Source of the DNA: Polyangiaceae bacterium
GTDB taxonomy: Bacteria > Myxococcota_A > Polyangia > Polyangiales > Polyangiaceae
Length of the DNA: 64,000 nt
Assembly (NCBI GenBank): GCA_033763455.1
Contig: JANRKO010000023.1
Location: 160,001 to 224,000, forward strand
Reading direction: 5' to 3'
Positions within the stretch are counted from its first letter, which is position 1. Every line of letters starts with the position of its first letter. The notes below the pieces were generated by a model, which saw only the letters and a program-made list of their open reading frames with translations, searched no databases and was not told where the DNA came from. Positions 27,516-37,756 of the stretch are shown in pieces. Made by a program: the position numbers and the translations under genes.

Positions 27516-29348
27516 TTAGTCCAATCCGAAACGGCGAGTGACATTTTGCCCAGGCCTTACGACAACAGGGTACGTCGCGCTGAGCCCGAGTTCCGGGTTC
27601 TTGAGGTGTATTTGGTACGTTCCTGCATCGAGCTTCAAGCCGATGATCGGGGTAGCTCCCAGTGACTTCCCGTTGATCGTCACATACGACCAAGGTGTGG
27701 AATCAATCGTCACGAGGCTTGGAACCGGCTCCGGCGCGCTTGCTCCAGCAACACTTGAACCCGGAGGTACGGTGCTAGCAGGCTGGCGCACATCCGAGGC
27801 TGACTCGCTTGCTGTGTCCTCTCTCTTTTTGCGCTTCAGGCGCGGCGCGGTAGTCGCCGTGGGCACGACGCGCTGAGTACCTGGGGTGGTGTATTCAGGC
27901 ACCGGGGGCAAAAGCTTGGGCGCAGTTGTAAACAGTGGGGCCGGAGGAGCCGCCGACCGCACTTCGGCTGCTTTTTGGCTAACGGACGGTACTGCGCCAC
28001 TGGCCTGCTTTGCGTGCTTTTCCACGCCGGAAGTCGCAAGCACAGCACCAGCGGCGAGCAAGAGCACTCCTCCCAGAAGGACCCAGAAGCCACGCCGCCG
28101 CCCCTTTTGGCTCTCCCTACTAGCGACCTCTAGTACCGGCGGAGCCAGTAGCGCGGAGGGTGATGGTGTCGAAACGAGGGTGGGCACGGGCCGGGGAGGG
28201 CGGGGTGGCGGGACCGAGCGAGGCGCCTCCGGGCGAGTCAACAAGCGACGAATTCTCGTATTTTCGTCGTCCATGAAATCTGCGAACAGCGTGGAGAGCC
28301 AATGGGAGAGTGCCAACCTGGAAGAGGTACGCGTCTGCCCGGCAAGCCAATCTTCTAGCTCTTCCTGCATCTCGCTCGCGGACTGGTACCGCTTGGCAAT
28401 GTTTCGCTCCAAAGCCTTGAGTGCAATGGCCGAAAGCGCTTCGGGGATCTCCGCGCGGAAGTAGCTAGGACTAGGCACTTCCAGGGTCAACGACCGCTGC
28501 AACGTCGCAGCATCGGTGCTTCCCTTAAAGAGTCGGCGCATCGCCAAGCACTCCCAGAGCACTACTCCCATGCTCCAGATATCAGCGCGATGGTCGACGT
28601 GTTCTCCCACGGCCTGCTCCGGGGAGATGTACCCAAACTTCCCCTTCACAAGACCGGTTTGCGTTCTGGATTCCTGCGTCGTTGCCTTGGCTATGCCGAA
28701 GTCCAGAAGCTTTACGACGCCGTCATAGGTAACGAAGATGTTTTGTGGCGAAACGTCGCGATGGATCAACCCCAACGGCTGCCCGTCGAGACCTTTGGCT
28801 GCATGGGCGTAGTGCAAACCGGATAGCGCATCGGCCACGAGCCGTGCCACCAGCGCACAGGGCATCAGCGGGGAGCCTTGTTGTGAGGCGCGCCGCACAA
28901 TTCGATTAAGAGGCTGCCCGCGGAGGTACTCCATCGCGAGATAGGGTTGCCCGTTGAAGCTACCTGCCGTGTAGGTTTGTACCACGTGTGGATGGGTGAG
29001 TTGTGCTGCCAAGCGCACCTCATCGAGAAACATTTTGACGATTTCCGGTTCATCATTCATGTGATGAATGAGCTTCTTGATCGCGAGCAATTGCCTTGCT
29101 CCGCCGGGCCCCGCGGCAACTGCCAAGTACACCTCGGACATTCCCCCATGCCCGAGTTTCTCCACCACCGTGTATCCGGCCATCTCCACTGGAGTCGCCA
29201 ATACGCTGCGCCCGGACCGCTCCGAATTCGGCACCAGACTCACGCCTGAATCTGTGGGTAGTTCGGAGAACGTGGGCTCAGAGCTGTCAGGCGAAAGCGG
29301 ATAAAGCGGATTGGACACAGCGTGAAGCATGGCGAAACCCGCTCCCAC
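27516..29348 (-). CDS. Membrane Ser/Thr kinase with a C-terminal PEGA-like domain
   Basis: GHGGMS, HRDVSPQN, DFG, GKFGYISPEQ; TM helix; IDSTPWSYVTING..LGATP. Confidence 0.93.
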   Translation of the reverse strand: MGAGFAMLHAVSNPLYPLSPDSSEPTFSELPTDSGVSLVPNSERSGRSVLATPVEMAGYTVVEKLGHGGMSEVYLAVAAGPGGARQLLAIKKLIHHMNDEPEIVKMFLDEVRLAAQLTHPHVVQTYTAGSFNGQPYLAMEYLRGQPLNRIVRRASQQGSPLMPCALVARLVADALSGLHYAHAAKGLDGQPLGLIHRDVSPQNIFVTYDGVVKLLDFGIAKATTQESRTQTGLVKGKFGYISPEQAVGEHVDHRADIWSMGVVLWECLAMRRLFKGSTDAATLQRSLTLEVPSPSYFRAEIPEALSAIALKALERNIAKRYQSASEMQEELEDWLAGQTRTSSRLALSHWLSTLFADFMDDENTRIRRLLTRPEAPRSVPPPRPPRPVPTLVSTPSPSALLAPPVLEVASRESQKGRRRGFWVLLGGVLLLAAGAVLATSGVEKHAKQASGAVPSVSQKAAEVRSAAPPAPLFTTAPKLLPPVPEYTTPGTQRVVPTATTAPRLKRKKREDTASESASDVRQPASTVPPGSSVAGASAPEPVPSLVTIDSTPWSYVTINGKSLGATPIIGLKLDAGTYQIHLKNPELGLSATYPVVVRPGQNVTRRFGLD

Positions 29349-29570
29349 TCCGTGTTACTTCTTTGGGAAAGAGACAAGGCGGACGTGTGACAGGCCGGCC
29401 TGCTCGCCAGGCCCGTCCCGGGAGTTTTCACAATCGTAGCGAATCTGACCTCCTACGCAGGACCCGCGCCGCGAAACGGCAGTGTGCGATGGGTCGCTCG
29501 CGCCGAGAGCCAGGGATGGCGACTATCGTCGGGGAGTGCGCGCCAAACGTTGAGCAGCCGAGATCAGAAG

Positions 29571-30989
29571 TTAATCAGAAAGCCACTCGGTGTGCACAAA
29601 GGGACCATTCGGATCATCTTTGCGCTGATAAGTGTGCGCGCCGAAAGCATCTCGCTGAGCCTGCGTGAGGTTCTGGGGGAGATCCAGAGTGCGGTAGCTG
29701 TCGTAATACGCGAGGCTGGAAGCCATGCCCGGAACCGGCACGCCGTTAAGCAAGGCTAAGCTGAGCACATTGCGCCACGGAGCCTGACGCGCTGTTACCC
29801 ACTCGGAAAATTGAGGATCTAGCAGCAAGTTTGAAAGCTCCGGGTTCCTTTCATAGGCTTTCATAATGGTGTCGAGAAAGCGGGCCCGAATAATGCAACC
29901 ACCTTTCCAAATGCGAGCGATTTCTCGCAGATTGATGGCCCAACCGTACTTTTTCGCACCCGCGCTGATGAGCGCCATACCTTGAGCATAGGCGCCAATC
30001 TTGGCGGCATAGAGCGCATCGTGCACCGAGCTTATGAATTCCGACTTCGGCAGAGTGTTAGTACGCCTCGGGCCAGCCAACACCAAACTGGCTCGTGCGC
30101 GTTCATCTTTCATGCTGGAAAGAACGCGTGCGTCAATCGACGCCGCAATGGACGGGATCGCTACCCCAAGCTCGAGAGCAACCTGCGCCGTCCAGCGCCC
30201 CGTGCCTTTTTGCCCGGCCTTATCCAAAACCGCATCTACCAAGGCGCCGTTCGTCTTGGTGTCCTTAACCTTGAAAATCTTGGCAGAAATTTCGATCAGG
30301 AAGGACTCAAGCGGGCCGCGATTCCACTCAGTGAAGATGTCTCCGATCTCCACGGCCGTAAGCCCAAGCACGCCGCGCAATAGATCATACGCTTCCGCGA
30401 TGAACTGCATGTCCGCATATTCAATACCGTTGTGAACCATCTTGATGAAATGGCCCGCTCCATCTGAGCCACAATGCGTGACACAAGCGCCGTCGTCTGA
30501 TTTTGCCGCAATTGCCTCAAAAACGGGGGCTACCAATGCGTAAGCCTCCGCATCTCCCCCGGGCATCAGCGAGGGCCCGTGGCGCGCGCCATCTTCCCCA
30601 CCCGAGACGCCGGAGCCCATGAAACGTAAGCCTGCCTCGCGGTACATCGCCTCTCGACGGCGCGTGTCGTCGAAAAGGGAGTTGCCCCCGTCAATCACGA
30701 TGTCACCCGGGGAAAGGAGGGGCTTTAGCTGCTCAAGCACTATATCCACGGGCTTCCCCGCTTGGATCATCATCATGATTTTGCGTGGCCGCTCCAAGGC
30801 CTGAACCAACTCCGCCAACGTGGCTGTTGGGATCAACCGCCCTCCGGACTCGGCCACCGCAGACGCTGTGAGTGCGGGCTCCAAGTTCCAGACGACGACG
30901 CGAAACCCGTGATCAGCAATGTTGAGCGCCAGATTGCGCCCCATTACCGCCATCCCAATCATTCCAAACTGCCCAAGCGTGTCTGTCAT
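29571..30989 (-). CDS. gnd: NADP-dependent 6-phosphogluconate dehydrogenase
   Basis: GMAVMG, IDGGNS, GVSGGEDGA, KMVHNGIEY, QAQRDAFGAHTY. AGGAG precedes ATG 30989. Confidence 0.97.
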   Translation of the reverse strand: MTDTLGQFGMIGMAVMGRNLALNIADHGFRVVVWNLEPALTASAVAESGGRLIPTATLAELVQALERPRKIMMMIQAGKPVDIVLEQLKPLLSPGDIVIDGGNSLFDDTRRREAMYREAGLRFMGSGVSGGEDGARHGPSLMPGGDAEAYALVAPVFEAIAAKSDDGACVTHCGSDGAGHFIKMVHNGIEYADMQFIAEAYDLLRGVLGLTAVEIGDIFTEWNRGPLESFLIEISAKIFKVKDTKTNGALVDAVLDKAGQKGTGRWTAQVALELGVAIPSIAASIDARVLSSMKDERARASLVLAGPRRTNTLPKSEFISSVHDALYAAKIGAYAQGMALISAGAKKYGWAINLREIARIWKGGCIIRARFLDTIMKAYERNPELSNLLLDPQFSEWVTARQAPWRNVLSLALLNGVPVPGMASSLAYYDSYRTLDLPQNLTQAQRDAFGAHTYQRKDDPNGPFVHTEWLSD

Positions 30990-31045
30990 GGCTTTCTCCT
31001 TCAGCAATTTCTACGCTAACGGTGGCTGGCGCGGCGTACGCGGCG

Positions 31046-32689
31046 CTAGCGCTGTTCCTTGAAGTAGTTGATGAGCCCGTTGGTGGAACTATCGTGCGAA
31101 GCCACGGGCTCGGAGCCGGAAAGTTCGGGCAAGATCGCGTTAGCCAGCTGCTTGCCCAACTCAACTCCCCACTGATCGAAGCTATTTACATTCCAGAGGA
31201 TCCCCTGGACGAAGATCTTGTGCTCGTAGAAAGCCACCAGGCGCCCCAGCGTCCGTGGAGTGAGCCGCCGAAATAAGAACGAATTCGTGGGACGATTCCC
31301 AGAAAAGCTCTTGTGAACGCCCAGCTCGTTTTGTTTCTCCGGGCTCGCACCCGAACGAGCCAGCTCGGCGCGAGCCTCACTCTCAGTTTTTCCGCGCATC
31401 AGAGCTTCTGTTTGTGCGAAGAAATTAGCCAAGAGCTTGTTATGGTGATCTCCGAGAGGATTCTGAGACTGCACCGGGGCCAGAAAATCAGCAGGAATCA
31501 ACCGCGTTCCCTGATGAATCAACTGGTAGAATGCATGTTGGCCGTTGGTGCCGGGTTCGCCCCAAATAACGGGCCCCGTCTGATAATCCTCAATCTTTTG
31601 CCCATCACGATCTACACCCTTACCGTTGCTCTCCATATCCCCCTGCTGGAAGTAAGCGGCGAAACGGTGGAGGTACTGATCATACGGTAGAATTGCATGC
31701 GATTCGGCACCCCAAAAGTTGGTGTACCAAACGCCCAAGAGGGCCATGATAACGGGGATATTTCGAGCGAACGGCGTGCGTCGAAAGTGCACATCCGCAT
31801 CGTGAGCTCCAGCAAGCAGCTCCTCAAAGTTGTCCATGCCCAACATACACGCGATGGAAAGCCCAATCGCCGACCACAAGGAGTACCGCCCGCCAACCCA
31901 ATCCCAAAACTCAAACATGTTTTCCGGATTAATTCCGAAGCGCGCTACCTCTTGGCTATTGGTGGAAAGCGCGGCAAAGTGGCAAGCAACGGCCTTGTCA
32001 TCTTTATGATGCGATAGCAGCCAATCGCGTGCAGAATGCGCATTGGTTAAGGTTTCCTGCGTGGTGAACGTTTTCGAGGCGACCAGAAAGAGGCACGTTT
32101 CAGGGTTCAGCCGCTTCAGCGTTTCGGCCAGGTGCGTTCCATCTACGTTAGACACGAAGTGGGCGTTGAGCCCGGGTTGCCAGTACGGACGGAGTGCTTC
32201 GGTGACCATCAAGGGGCCAAGATCAGAACCTCCAATGCCTATATTCACGATGTCCGTGATACGGCGACCGGTGAAGCCCTTGAAAGCGCCACCGCGAACG
32301 GCATCCGAAAAGCGACGCATCTTGGCGAGCACCCGACGGACCTCGGGCATCACATCTTGCCCATCCACCATAACGGGCTCGTCACCCTGCTGACGGAGCG
32401 CCACATGCAACACGGCCCTCCCTTCGGTGACATTGATCTTCTCTCCCGAGAACATCTTCTCTATCCAGCTTGAGAGCTTGGCTTCATCGGCCAAACGCAA
32501 AAGCAACGTCAATGTCTCATCTGTTATTCGATTCTTCGAAAAATCGAACAAAATGTCCTCGAGCCGCAGGCTGAAACGCGAGAACCTCTCCTTATCGGAC
32601 TCAAATAAGCTACGCAGATGAACGTTGCTGAGCGACTCCTGGTGCCGCTTGAGGGCGTGAAAGCTGGAAGCATGGGTAAGCTTAAACAT
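31046..32689 (-). CDS. pgi: Glucose-6-phosphate isomerase
   Basis: [46 protein letters not shown]. Confidence 0.98.
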   Translation of the reverse strand: MFKLTHASSFHALKRHQESLSNVHLRSLFESDKERFSRFSLRLEDILFDFSKNRITDETLTLLLRLADEAKLSSWIEKMFSGEKINVTEGRAVLHVALRQQGDEPVMVDGQDVMPEVRRVLAKMRRFSDAVRGGAFKGFTGRRITDIVNIGIGGSDLGPLMVTEALRPYWQPGLNAHFVSNVDGTHLAETLKRLNPETCLFLVASKTFTTQETLTNAHSARDWLLSHHKDDKAVACHFAALSTNSQEVARFGINPENMFEFWDWVGGRYSLWSAIGLSIACMLGMDNFEELLAGAHDADVHFRRTPFARNIPVIMALLGVWYTNFWGAESHAILPYDQYLHRFAAYFQQGDMESNGKGVDRDGQKIEDYQTGPVIWGEPGTNGQHAFYQLIHQGTRLIPADFLAPVQSQNPLGDHHNKLLANFFAQTEALMRGKTESEARAELARSGASPEKQNELGVHKSFSGNRPTNSFLFRRLTPRTLGRLVAFYEHKIFVQGILWNVNSFDQWGVELGKQLANAILPELSGSEPVASHDSSTNGLINYFKEQR

Positions 32690-32713
32690 GGGGGCTTCTA
32701 CCACAGCTCAGCG

Positions 32714-34183
32714 CTACCAAAGATCCTTCTCAAGCATGGCAAGCTGATCTGCTTCTCGCGGCCCGACCGTGCCGGCCGCATAGCCGTGAACGGGGGGCGG
32801 ATCCTGCAGGAGCTGGCTGAAGAAGCGCCAGGATTCTTCCACCTCCTCTGCGTGCACAAACAACGTTTGGTCCCCGAGCAGCACGTCCAAGAGCAGTGTC
32901 TCGTAGGCCTCGGGCATGTCCGTGAAAACATCTTTGTACTTGAAGGAAAGCGGTATGCGACGGAGGTTGAGCCCCGGACCGGGCACCTTGACGTCGAAGT
33001 GCAATGAGAAGCCTTCATCTGGCTGGAGCGTGATCAAGAGCACATCTGGAGTGTCGAGCTCGGTGCCCATCGATCTAAAGAGGCTCACGGGTACGTCACG
33101 GAAGCGTACGGCAATTTGACTAGCTCGCCGCGGGAGCCTCTTGCCGGTGCGCAAGTAGAATGGCACGCCTTGCCAACGCCAATTGTCGATGCGCACCTCC
33201 ATAGCCACAAACGTTGGGGTCTGTGAATCTGGGAGAATTCCCTCCTCCTCCAGATAGCCGGGCACCGGATGCCCACCGATAGCGCCAGCAGTGTACTGGC
33301 CGAGCACCACCTTTTCCAGCTTGAGGGGGGCAAGGCTATGTAGGACCTTCACCTTCTCGTTCCGAATCGAGTCAGCACGAAACGCGGTCGGAACTTCCAT
33401 GGCGAACAGCGTCAGCACCTGCATCAAGTGATTCTGAACCATGTCGCGAATCGCCCCAGCGCGATCGTAATAGCGGGCGCGTGTACCCACGCCCAAATCT
33501 TCAGCGACGGTGATCTCCACGCTCTCGACGCGGTCCCGGTTCCACAAGGACTCAAAGATCGCGTTGGCAAAGCGAAATACTAGGAGATTTTGGACAGTGT
33601 CTTTGCCAAGGTAGTGGTCAATTCGATAAATCTGATTTTCATCGAAGTGACGGTGCAACATATGATTCAGCCCGCGCGCGGACTCAAGGTCTGTGCCGAA
33701 GGGCTTTTCGACCACAATCCGAGTAAACCCGAGACTCCGATTCAACCCCACCGCACCAAGCCCGTCTACGGTGCTGACAAAGACATCTGGTGGTAGCGCC
33801 ATGTAAAAGGCGCGATTCGGGATGCCAATTTTGTGGTCTTCCTCTAAGGTCTGGAGGCGCGCCAGGAGTGCTTGAAAATCTGTCGGCGTACCCGCTCCCA
33901 AGCTCTGGTAGTAAAGGCGCTCTGTGCAGAATTTTTCGACTGCATCAGGAGGCGCTCCGGCCTCTCTGAGTGCGTCACGCACCAGCTGCCGATAGGTCGT
34001 GTCCACGTAAGGGTCAGGAGACACCCCGAGGATCAACGTATTGGCCGTATGCCCCTCTGCCATGAGGTGCAGGAGCGCTGGCAGAAGCTTGCGCCGGGAG
34101 AGGTCGCCTGTTCCGCCAAAAATAATAAAGATACTAGGGTCGGCTACTCGCTGAGACACTGGTTCCTCCTCGGCAACGGCCAA
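32714..34183 (-). CDS. zwf: Glucose-6-phosphate 1-dehydrogenase
   Basis: GGTGDL, EKPFG, RIDHYLGK, DMVQNH, RWQGVPFYLRTGK. Confidence 0.97.
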   Translation of the reverse strand: MAVAEEEPVSQRVADPSIFIIFGGTGDLSRRKLLPALLHLMAEGHTANTLILGVSPDPYVDTTYRQLVRDALREAGAPPDAVEKFCTERLYYQSLGAGTPTDFQALLARLQTLEEDHKIGIPNRAFYMALPPDVFVSTVDGLGAVGLNRSLGFTRIVVEKPFGTDLESARGLNHMLHRHFDENQIYRIDHYLGKDTVQNLLVFRFANAIFESLWNRDRVESVEITVAEDLGVGTRARYYDRAGAIRDMVQNHLMQVLTLFAMEVPTAFRADSIRNEKVKVLHSLAPLKLEKVVLGQYTAGAIGGHPVPGYLEEEGILPDSQTPTFVAMEVRIDNWRWQGVPFYLRTGKRLPRRASQIAVRFRDVPVSLFRSMGTELDTPDVLLITLQPDEGFSLHFDVKVPGPGLNLRRIPLSFKYKDVFTDMPEAYETLLLDVLLGDQTLFVHAEEVEESWRFFSQLLQDPPPVHGYAAGTVGPREADQLAMLEKDLW

Positions 34184-34437
34184 TCAACGCTGTCGCTGAA
34201 TCGAACAATGCTCGCCCCCCAACATACTCGCGTCAAGCCAACCCCGAGTCGTCAGCGGTTACGACAGCGCAGCGCCTGCTCAAGATATCGAGACGGAACC
34301 TCAGTTGATTACGATTCCGTCTCACGCCTTCGCTTACCGGCCCCGGGAGCCCCTAGCCGGAATTTCCGGTAAATCCGTGCCCTGGCCCGAGATCGAGATC
34401 CCCCAGAACACCGGCGAGCAAGAGGTCGATTTGGCAA

Positions 34438-34464
34438 TTGACAGGGCGTATCGAGCTGTGTCAA
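34438..34464. promoter_or_regulatory. Inverted repeat TTGACA-N15-TGTCAA
   Basis: Perfect sigma70 -35 hexamers on both strands in the divergent region between zwf and 34476. Confidence 0.4.
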
Positions 34465-34475
34465 ACGCCTACGCC

Positions 34476-34922
34476 ATGAAACGGACGCCGCGTCAGCCGC
34501 GGTTCAACGTCGAGCGCGCTTTCCAGCGCGCCGGTGACGCCTTTGTCGCAGACCTCAAGGTCTTGATCCAGAAGGCGACGCAAGAAGCTTTGCGCCAGGC
34601 GCTTGCGGAAAACAGCGCTGCGTCCAGGCAGCTCGTGTTGCCACTAGATGATGTAGAGGCTCGCGCGCCCGAAGCCGTGCCGGAGGCGGCACCTGCCCCT
34701 GAGCCCGAACGGCTGAGCAAGCGGGAACAAGAAGCAGTAGATCGCCTCGCCGATCAGGTCCTTGAGTATATTGAAGCCCAGCCTGGGCAGCGGCTGGAGG
34801 AAATCAGCGTGGGCATGGGAGTTTCAGCTGCTGATCTGAGGCTGCCAATGCGGCTTTTGGTGCGCGAAAATCACTTAAGGCTCGTGGGCGAAGAATCTAG
34901 TGCGGCATATTACGCGCGCTAA
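34476..34922 (+). CDS. Putative DNA-binding protein (N-terminal helix + C-terminal winged-helix-like domain)
   Basis: C-terminal VLEYIEAQPGQRLEEISVGMGVS..L.LP...L aligns with the downstream paralog. ATG 34476 was chosen as start. Confidence 0.7.
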   Translation: MKRTPRQPRFNVERAFQRAGDAFVADLKVLIQKATQEALRQALAENSAASRQLVLPLDDVEARAPEAVPEAAPAPEPERLSKREQEAVDRLADQVLEYIEAQPGQRLEEISVGMGVSAADLRLPMRLLVRENHLRLVGEESSAAYYAR

Positions 34923-34979
34923 CTTGGCGCCCGTTCACTTTCTTAAAGGCGTAGATCTGAAAGCGAAGGAGTTAGAGAC

Positions 34980-35396
34980 ATGGCAACAGACTTTGATACT
35001 CAGATGAAGGCCAAGATTCAGACTTTCACTGAAGAGCTCACCGATCTGGTGCGTGAAGCGGCCATGGCTACCCTGCGCGAAGCGCTGGGCGAACCAAAGC
35101 CTCGTCGGGGTCGCACTCGCGCTCAGGCAACTCCATTCGTACTTCCGCCCTTACCCATCAGTTCGGGTCGGGTTGGCGGCGGAACACGCCCGAAACGCAG
35201 TGCGGATGAGTTGGAAAACATGAGCGCCCAGTTGCTCAGCTACGTGACGGCAAACCCCGGTCAACGTATTGAGGCCATCGCAGCGGGTATGAACGTCTCC
35301 ACCAAAGAACTCAATCTGCCCGCCAAGCGCCTCTTGGCCAAAAAACAGCTAAAAACGCGCGGGCACAAACGTGCCACCGAATATTTCGCCAAGTAG
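34980..35396 (+). CDS. Putative DNA-binding protein (basic, winged-helix-like C-terminus)
   Basis: AAGGAG RBS; LLSYVTANPGQRIEAIAAGMNVSTKELNLPAKRL...GHKRATEYF. Confidence 0.8.
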   Translation: MATDFDTQMKAKIQTFTEELTDLVREAAMATLREALGEPKPRRGRTRAQATPFVLPPLPISSGRVGGGTRPKRSADELENMSAQLLSYVTANPGQRIEAIAAGMNVSTKELNLPAKRLLAKKQLKTRGHKRATEYFAK

Positions 35397-35408
35397 GTGC
35401 CCACCTCT

Positions 35409-35429
35409 GCTGCCGCTCGGAGCGGCAGC
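35409..35429. terminator. GC-rich hairpin between convergent genes
   Basis: GCTGCCGCT-CGG-AGCGGCAGC, 9-bp stem; no U tract. Confidence 0.35.
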
Positions 35430-35490
35430 GTGCCCCTCCCCGATGTCTCCCGGAAAGCGGGAGCCATGGGTGGGGCGTCTATAACTTCAG

Positions 35491-36633
35491 CTACCAGGCC
35501 TTGGAAAAAGTAGCGAAGGCTCCCTGGGTTCCCAAAGGCGTGAGGCCTGCGTGCCAGCGGCCCGACGTGCTACGGGCTCCATCCGAAGCATTGGTGTCCC
35601 ACACAATGAGCGTGATGACGGTGGCAACGCCGGCAACTCCAGCTCCCACGAAACCAGCCACTGCTATATCCCGTGCCCGCTTGGAATCCACCAACGTTTG
35701 GCGAAAATCTGCACATTTACTCTCAGTCGCGGCATCCGGCGCGGCGCTGCAGATGCTGGCGCTGCTTGACTCTTTGGTGAGCATCCCAAGCTCGCGGTTT
35801 AGAGCTGCGGACCTGTCATCAATGGAACTTTGCTTCAAAAGAAAGCCTGCCCCAACCCCGAGGCCTGCAGCCGTCAACACCACCTCTGACACGACTACAA
35901 CGGTGCGAGCGGTGTTGCCCCCACTCGGCTCGCGCGCTGCAGGAGCAGAGGTGTTACTTTTCGGCTCGGCTCCTCCAGTGGTTAACGATTCTCTCATCGT
36001 GCTTTCACGGACTTCGGGCGGAGCGGCTTCTGCGGCTAAATTTACGTGAATTTGACGCCGCTCGCCTTCGCGCAGATCCACTTCGAACACGGCACGTTGG
36101 TGCCCCGGGGATTGGACTACCAGCTTGTGGGTTCCTGGGTTCTGAGGGATCGGATGCGCCAGGAGCGAACTTGCCACCGTCCGCCCATCGATACTCAGCG
36201 TGACTCCAGCTTCAGAAGCTAGCCCCACAACGTGCACCGTAGGGACGCGTTTGCGGAGCTCTTCGCGAGCGGGAGCCAACAGCTCGGCAACGTCGGGAGC
36301 CGCCTCCCCTGCGGCAATCAACTCGTCGGCGCGGTCGTATTCAACCAATGCCTCCACCAAATGCCCTTGCTCCATTTCGGCGTTAGCCAAATGAAAACGC
36401 AGGCCCGGTGTATCTTTGATGGCAATCGCCTCGCGCAATTTCTGGGCTGCTTCAGCCCAGCGCTTACGCTCCTCCAAAGCAACAGCATCCTTGAAGAGCC
36501 TACGCGCCACCGCAATTTCAGCCGAAGATGGCGCTGCGGACGCGCAGAAAGGGTGGCACCAACCCAACAAGCCAACGATTACCCCGAGCCAGTTTCGAAC
36601 TTGATGTCGCATGCGTAAGAGGACCACTCGCAT
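35491..36633 (-). CDS. TPR + PEGA-domain protein
   Basis: ARRLFKDA, WAEAAQKL, TPGLRFHLA, NPGTHKLVVQSPG; two hydrophobic helices; ends ATFSKAW. Confidence 0.78.
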   Translation of the reverse strand: MRVVLLRMRHQVRNWLGVIVGLLGWCHPFCASAAPSSAEIAVARRLFKDAVALEERKRWAEAAQKLREAIAIKDTPGLRFHLANAEMEQGHLVEALVEYDRADELIAAGEAAPDVAELLAPAREELRKRVPTVHVVGLASEAGVTLSIDGRTVASSLLAHPIPQNPGTHKLVVQSPGHQRAVFEVDLREGERRQIHVNLAAEAAPPEVRESTMRESLTTGGAEPKSNTSAPAAREPSGGNTARTVVVVSEVVLTAAGLGVGAGFLLKQSSIDDRSAALNRELGMLTKESSSASICSAAPDAATESKCADFRQTLVDSKRARDIAVAGFVGAGVAGVATVITLIVWDTNASDGARSTSGRWHAGLTPLGTQGAFATFSKAW

Positions 36634-36658
36634 AGCAACGCCCCCGTGGACAAGTCTT

Positions 36659-37756
36659 CTAGAAAACCCCTCGCAAAACAACGTTTCCGCGGCTGAAATT
36701 CCCACCAACAGTGACACTCACGCTAGGTTGGTCCGGTTTCCACAAGAGCCACACGGCGAAAGTGGCCAGGCCCACCCCCGTGGCCCCCGCATACGAAACA
36801 AACCCCAAGCGCTCCTTCTCCGCCGCATTTCGCCGCTGGGCATCCAAACGTTCACAGCTGGGAGTCACAGCCCCAGGTTGGCAGCCCAGCTCCCCAGACT
36901 CGGCTGTGATGGCAGTGCGCGTCGCCCGAAAAGCAGAGTGCTCGTCTCCAGCCTGCAAGGAGAAGTAAGTGCCGAGCCCCAAGCCCACCAACGTCGCGGA
37001 TGCACCACCAACCAGGAGGGCTGTTCGAAGCGGAGAGTGGCCATCGCCCGCGCTCCTCGCCACAGGCACCGGGGGTGCGGGAGAAGGCGCCTCGTCCCGT
37101 GGCTGGCTCAGCCGGGCGCTCAACGCTGGCACTCGCGAAGGGCCACTCTCGGGTTTTGAGGTTAACCTGATATTCATATCCTGCTGGGTTCCGGCCTGCA
37201 CTACGAAGGTGAAGGTTTCGTCGACATAGCCTGCCTTAGTGAGCACCAGCTTCACTTTGCCAGGCATCAGGAAGATCGGCTCCGCAAAGGGGCTCGTGCC
37301 CAGCTCCTCACCATTTACGGAAACCAGCGTTCCCGCAGGCTCCACAGCGACACGAAGCTGGCCAACCTGCCCGGTCACCTTGCGTAGCAACTCTTGGAAT
37401 CTGGCCTCCGCTTGCCGCATGTCAGCGCGACCGCTTGCTGGAAAATTCTTTAGGCAATAGCGGAGGTGCTGGGCGCCGTCGATCAGCTTGCCCATCTCTG
37501 CCTCCGTGCGCCCGAGGTTGCACGCGATGTCGAAGCTTGGACTCAGGCTAAAGGCGCGCACGTAGGCGTCATAAGCCTCGAACTGATTGCCCTGGGCAAA
37601 GGCCTCGTTTCCGCGCTGAAAAAGCACCAGCGCGCGCTGCCGAGCTTCGGGCGTCTGCGCGTGGAGCGAGCTGACATGCCCGAACACCACCAGTCCCATT
37701 AGAAGGCTCCACACCACCCACAGGCCCCGAGCCGAACAGCTTCGAATCTTTTTCAC
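36659..37756 (-). CDS. TPR + PEGA-domain protein
   Basis: LFQRGNEAF, IACNLGRTE, PEGA segment (VEPAGTLVSVNGEELGTSP...KAGY); ends VVLRGVF. Confidence 0.8.
   Translation of the reverse strand: MKKIRSCSARGLWVVWSLLMGLVVFGHVSSLHAQTPEARQRALVLFQRGNEAFAQGNQFEAYDAYVRAFSLSPSFDIACNLGRTEAEMGKLIDGAQHLRYCLKNFPASGRADMRQAEARFQELLRKVTGQVGQLRVAVEPAGTLVSVNGEELGTSPFAEPIFLMPGKVKLVLTKAGYVDETFTFVVQAGTQQDMNIRLTSKPESGPSRVPALSARLSQPRDEAPSPAPPVPVARSAGDGHSPLRTALLVGGASATLVGLGLGTYFSLQAGDEHSAFRATRTAITAESGELGCQPGAVTPSCERLDAQRRNAAEKERLGFVSYAGATGVGLATFAVWLLWKPDQPSVSVTVGGNFSRGNVVLRGVF

Noticed and set aside
29371..29391. Additional Pho-box-like site upstream of the kinase at 27516
   Set aside because: Only a single GTGAC, with no partner at 11-bp spacing.
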